From Candidatus Omnitrophota bacterium (GTDB taxonomy: Bacteria > Omnitrophota > Omnitrophia > Omnitrophales > Aquincolibacteriaceae): DNA of 64,000 nt. Each line of letters opens with the position of its first letter. The first letter of the stretch is position 1. The position numbers and the translations under genes are program-made. Shown one piece after another: positions 60,732 to 64,000 of this stretch. Below the pieces are notes generated by a model, which saw only the letters and a program-made list of their open reading frames with translations, did no database searches and was not told the origin of the DNA. The stretch lies in assembly GCA_035352955.1 (NCBI GenBank), contig DAOPYQ010000002.1, positions 70,737 to 134,736 on the forward strand, read 5' to 3'.

Positions 60732-60974
60732 TTTTTTCTGCAAAATATTCCGCCAACAAAATACCTCGGGAGGAAAGGACGCAACTCTTTTGTTTGAAAT
60801 AAGTTACGATGACTTTTTTTCCAAGTTGCTGCTACAAAATCGGCCCATTTTCTGATATAATGCTTCCTGTTTCAACCTCCCCCTGATCCAGCTTCCAGGC
60901 ATTGAAGTTCCGGGCATCCCCTGCCGATAAACAGGCGTCCGTTTTCCTACATTTTTTTACGAAAGGCTTTTCCC

Positions 60975-62693
60975 ATGCTAAAACCGAAACTCTTCACCAC
61001 GCTCAAAGATTATTCCTGGTCCAAGTTCCGCGGCGATCTTGTTGCCGGCATCATCGTCGGCATCGTATCGCTCCCGCTCGCGATCGCGTTCGCCATCGCC
61101 TCGGGTGTTTCGCCAGACAAAGGGTTGTTTACCGCGATCATCGCAGGCTTCATCATTTCCGTCCTGGGCGGCAGCCGCGTGCAGATCGGCGGACCGACCG
61201 GCGCCTTCGTGGTCATTGTTTACAGCATTCTCCAGAAGTTCGGCATGGACGGCCTCCTGATCGCGACGCTCATGGGCGGAATCATCCTGATCGCCATGGG
61301 CCTTTTCCACTTCGGCTCGATCATCAAATTCATCCCTTATCCGGTCGTCGTCGGATTCACGAGCGGCATCGCGGTCATTATTTTTTCTTCCCAGATCAAA
61401 GACTTCTTCGGCCTTACGATCCATTCTGTTCCGGCGAATTTTGTGGAGAAATGGTCGGTGTATGCAAAATATTCTTACACCCTGAACTGGCCGGCGCTCA
61501 GCATCGGAGCTCTTTCGCTCGCCATCATTGTTTTCTGGAAAAAGATCACGGCCCGGATCCCCGGAGCCCTCATCGCCCTTGTCTCGACCACGGTGCTGGT
61601 CCATTTTTTCAAGCTCCCGGTCGAAACGATCGAAAGCTGCTTCGGCGCGATCCCGAATTCTTTTCCCCATCCTTCCCTTCCGGCCATCCATCTGAAAGAT
61701 ATCAGCCTGCTTTTGCCGAGCGCGGTCACAATCGCCGTCCTGGGAGGGATTGAATCCCTTCTTTCCGCCGTCGTCTCTGACGGCATGATCGGCGGCAGGC
61801 ACCGTCCCAATATGGAACTCGTCGCACAGGGCATCGCGAACCTGGTCGTCCCTTTCTTCGGCGGCATTCCGGCGACCGGCGCCATCGCGCGCACGGCGAC
61901 GAACGTCCATAACGGGGGCCGCACGCCGGTCGCGGGAATCATCAACGTGATCGTTCTTTTCATCATCATGGTCTTCCTCGGAAAGTGGATCGCGTGGGTG
62001 CCGCTTCCCTGTCTTGCGGCTATCCTAATCATGGTCGCTTACCAGATGAGCGAATGGCGATCCTTTCTCATGATGCTACGGAGTCCCCGAAGCGACGTCG
62101 CGGTACTTCTGGCGACATTTTTACTGACTGTGTTCGTCGATCTGACAGTCGCCATCCAGGTCGGACTGTTTCTGGCCCTGCTTCTCTTCATGCGCCGCAT
62201 GGCTCTTGTGACCAATGTCGGAATTGTCACGAATGAACTGGTGGACACGGAAGAACAGGACGACCCCAACGCCGTTGGTAAACGAAAGATCCCCTCCAAA
62301 GTGGAGGTCTTTGAGATCAACGGACCTTTCTTTTTCGGCGCTTCGTACAAGTTTATCGAAGCCATGAACACGGTCGGCACGAAACCAAAGATCCGGATCA
62401 TCCGCATGCGAAACGTCATCGCGCTCGACGCCACCGGAATGCATACGCTGAAGGACGCGTACAACAAATTCAAGAAATCGGGGATCACGTTACTTTTGGC
62501 GGACCTTCACACCCAGCCGCTGATGGCCATGGAGCGTTCGGGATTGCTGGAAATGATCGGGGAAGATAATGTCTTCGGAAATATTGACGACGCCCTGAAC
62601 CGGGCCCGTGAGATGCTGGGTCTGCCGCAGGTTCCACGGCCGGGACCGTTCGTCCCAACAGTCGCTCGCGAGAGTAATCTTTCTGCCGCCTAA
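60975..62693 (+). CDS. SulP family anion transporter with C-terminal STAS domain
   Basis: SulP signature region (GIIVGIVSLPLAIAFAIASGVSP...) and a C-terminal STAS domain (VFEINGPFFFGA...DATGMHTL). Confidence 0.9.
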   Translation: MLKPKLFTTLKDYSWSKFRGDLVAGIIVGIVSLPLAIAFAIASGVSPDKGLFTAIIAGFIISVLGGSRVQIGGPTGAFVVIVYSILQKFGMDGLLIATLMGGIILIAMGLFHFGSIIKFIPYPVVVGFTSGIAVIIFSSQIKDFFGLTIHSVPANFVEKWSVYAKYSYTLNWPALSIGALSLAIIVFWKKITARIPGALIALVSTTVLVHFFKLPVETIESCFGAIPNSFPHPSLPAIHLKDISLLLPSAVTIAVLGGIESLLSAVVSDGMIGGRHRPNMELVAQGIANLVVPFFGGIPATGAIARTATNVHNGGRTPVAGIINVIVLFIIMVFLGKWIAWVPLPCLAAILIMVAYQMSEWRSFLMMLRSPRSDVAVLLATFLLTVFVDLTVAIQVGLFLALLLFMRRMALVTNVGIVTNELVDTEEQDDPNAVGKRKIPSKVEVFEINGPFFFGASYKFIEAMNTVGTKPKIRIIRMRNVIALDATGMHTLKDAYNKFKKSGITLLLADLHTQPLMAMERSGLLEMIGEDNVFGNIDDALNRAREMLGLPQVPRPGPFVPTVARESNLSAA

Positions 62694-63937
62694 TCACGGA
62701 GACAGGCGGATGACTCTAATGATGCCTGTCTCCGATGACCGTTCAGGATCCGTGAAACAAGCATGCTGGCAACGGTATCCCCTGTGGAATTGACCATCGT
62801 CGCGGGAGGATCCACCAGCGTGCCGACCATGGAGATCAGCGGAAGCGCCTCCGCCGGAAATCCGTAAAGCGTTACGATCAAAAGCTCTCCCAAAAAACCG
62901 CCGCCGGGGATCCCGCTCATCACCATCCCGCTCAGGATCGCAACACCGACCGCCGTCACATAAGTCCCCACGCCGCCGAACGGAAGCCCGAAAAAAGTGA
63001 AAAGAAGCGATATCTTCACGATCGCTGACATACAGGTTCCGTCCATATGGATCGTCGCGCCGATCGGGATCACGATCCGGCTCACGTCCTTCGGGACGCC
63101 GATCCGGTCCGCCGCCTCAAAGTTTGCCGGCACCGCCGCAAGACTGCTCCCGGTTCCCCATGCCGTAAGTGCGGGAGTCAGAATATTCCCCCAAAAATCC
63201 GTGAAACCTTTTCTCCCGCCCGCGATCCATGTATAGACCGAGGATCCCGCGAAAAAATAAAGTATCGCGAGCGGATAGTAAAGCGCCACCACCCGAAGGT
63301 ACGATCCCAGAAGTTCCGGCCCGAGGGTCCCCACCAGATATGCAAAATAAGCTCCGAGGCCGACGGGCGCATAAAACATGATCAGATGAATCACCTTCAT
63401 CATAACTTTGTTGGCCGATACGAGAAAACCGACGAAGGGCTTCCCGTCTTCCCGCGCCAGTGATGCCGCGAGCCCGACAAGCATCGCGAACACGATCAAA
63501 GCGAGCATGTTCTGTCTCGAAAGAAGATGCGCAAAATCCGGCACGGTGAATGCTCGAACGATCTGCGCTGCCGCGCCGCCGCGCTGGAAATCTTTCGGGA
63601 GTTCCATCAACGGATGCCCGCTCACGGAGGGCGGGAAAAATTTCACGCCCAGGATCATCAGGAACGACGAAATAATCCCCGTCCCGACAAAGATCAGGAT
63701 CATCCATCCCATGATCTTGCCGAGACGGCGCAGATCGGACATTTCCGCGATCGCAGAAGCAATAGAGAAAAACACGAGCGGGACCACGGCCGTGAAAAGC
63801 AGGTTGAGGAAGATGTCGCCAAACGGTTTCAGCGCCGCGGCGTTCCCTTTAAGAAGAACGCCGAGCCCCGCGCCAACCATGATTGCCGCGATAAGCAGTA
63901 GCGAGAAGGAATAATTTTTAAGAAATTTGTTTTTCAT
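62690..63937 (-). CDS. Dicarboxylate/amino acid:cation symporter (DAACS/GltP-SstT family)
   Basis: Probable start MKNKFLKNY at 63935-63937. Conserved DAACS motifs (PIGATIHMDGT, hairpin loops GIPGGG). Confidence 0.85.
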   Translation of the reverse strand: MKNKFLKNYSFSLLLIAAIMVGAGLGVLLKGNAAALKPFGDIFLNLLFTAVVPLVFFSIASAIAEMSDLRRLGKIMGWMILIFVGTGIISSFLMILGVKFFPPSVSGHPLMELPKDFQRGGAAAQIVRAFTVPDFAHLLSRQNMLALIVFAMLVGLAASLAREDGKPFVGFLVSANKVMMKVIHLIMFYAPVGLGAYFAYLVGTLGPELLGSYLRVVALYYPLAILYFFAGSSVYTWIAGGRKGFTDFWGNILTPALTAWGTGSSLAAVPANFEAADRIGVPKDVSRIVIPIGATIHMDGTCMSAIVKISLLFTFFGLPFGGVGTYVTAVGVAILSGMVMSGIPGGGFLGELLIVTLYGFPAEALPLISMVGTLVDPPATMVNSTGDTVASMLVSRILNGHRRQASLESSACLRD

Positions 63938-64000
63938 TTTTCCGGTCCACGCACCACGGGCCAAGGGCCACGAAGCTGGATCGTGGGCCGTGTCCCGTGG

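Overview
GC-rich (~58-60%) bacterial chromosomal segment, densely coding on both strands, with no CRISPR arrays, IS elements or integrases visible. Core genes: a partial CMD/AhpD-like protein, a TPR-fused KcsA-type K+ channel, hemY, an operon panB - REC/GGDEF-like/MshEN - folD - fchA - ACT (panB and the REC protein translationally coupled), glgA, a GT2 glycosyltransferase, a putative copper-type cluster (Cys-rich peptide, YHS protein, UPF0718 permease), tsaB-alr-birA-coaX, a CIRCE-controlled groEL-groES-groEL locus with two GroEL paralogs, an ECF sigma factor with an anti-sigma/vWA partner, a GH1 beta-glucosidase, a Wzx-like flippase, cstA, an ABC-2 exporter with an FkbM methyltransferase, a PAS histidine kinase, prfC, a DEAD-box helicase, gpmA, a GT-C plus GT2 polyprenol-phosphate glycosylation pair, a signal-peptide rubrerythrin, hemW, and a c-di-AMP (ydaO-class) riboswitch upstream of a KimA-like K+ transporter, followed by SulP and DAACS transporters. 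The region ~40.3-47.9 kb is clearly lower in GC, ends at a tRNA-Asn gene, and carries a radical SAM/SPASM enzyme, an LtaS/EptA-like transferase, a ClC channel, a translationally coupled methyltransferase-ABC ATPase pair and a TPR protein. This is the best candidate for an acquired, uncharacterised module. Other items worth a second look: a GC-rich structured RNA downstream of a zinc-ribbon gene, a CsoR-like palindrome, a heptanucleotide repeat inside the GT2 gene, an AT-rich patch inside coaX, and a hairpin motif repeated upstream of two operons.
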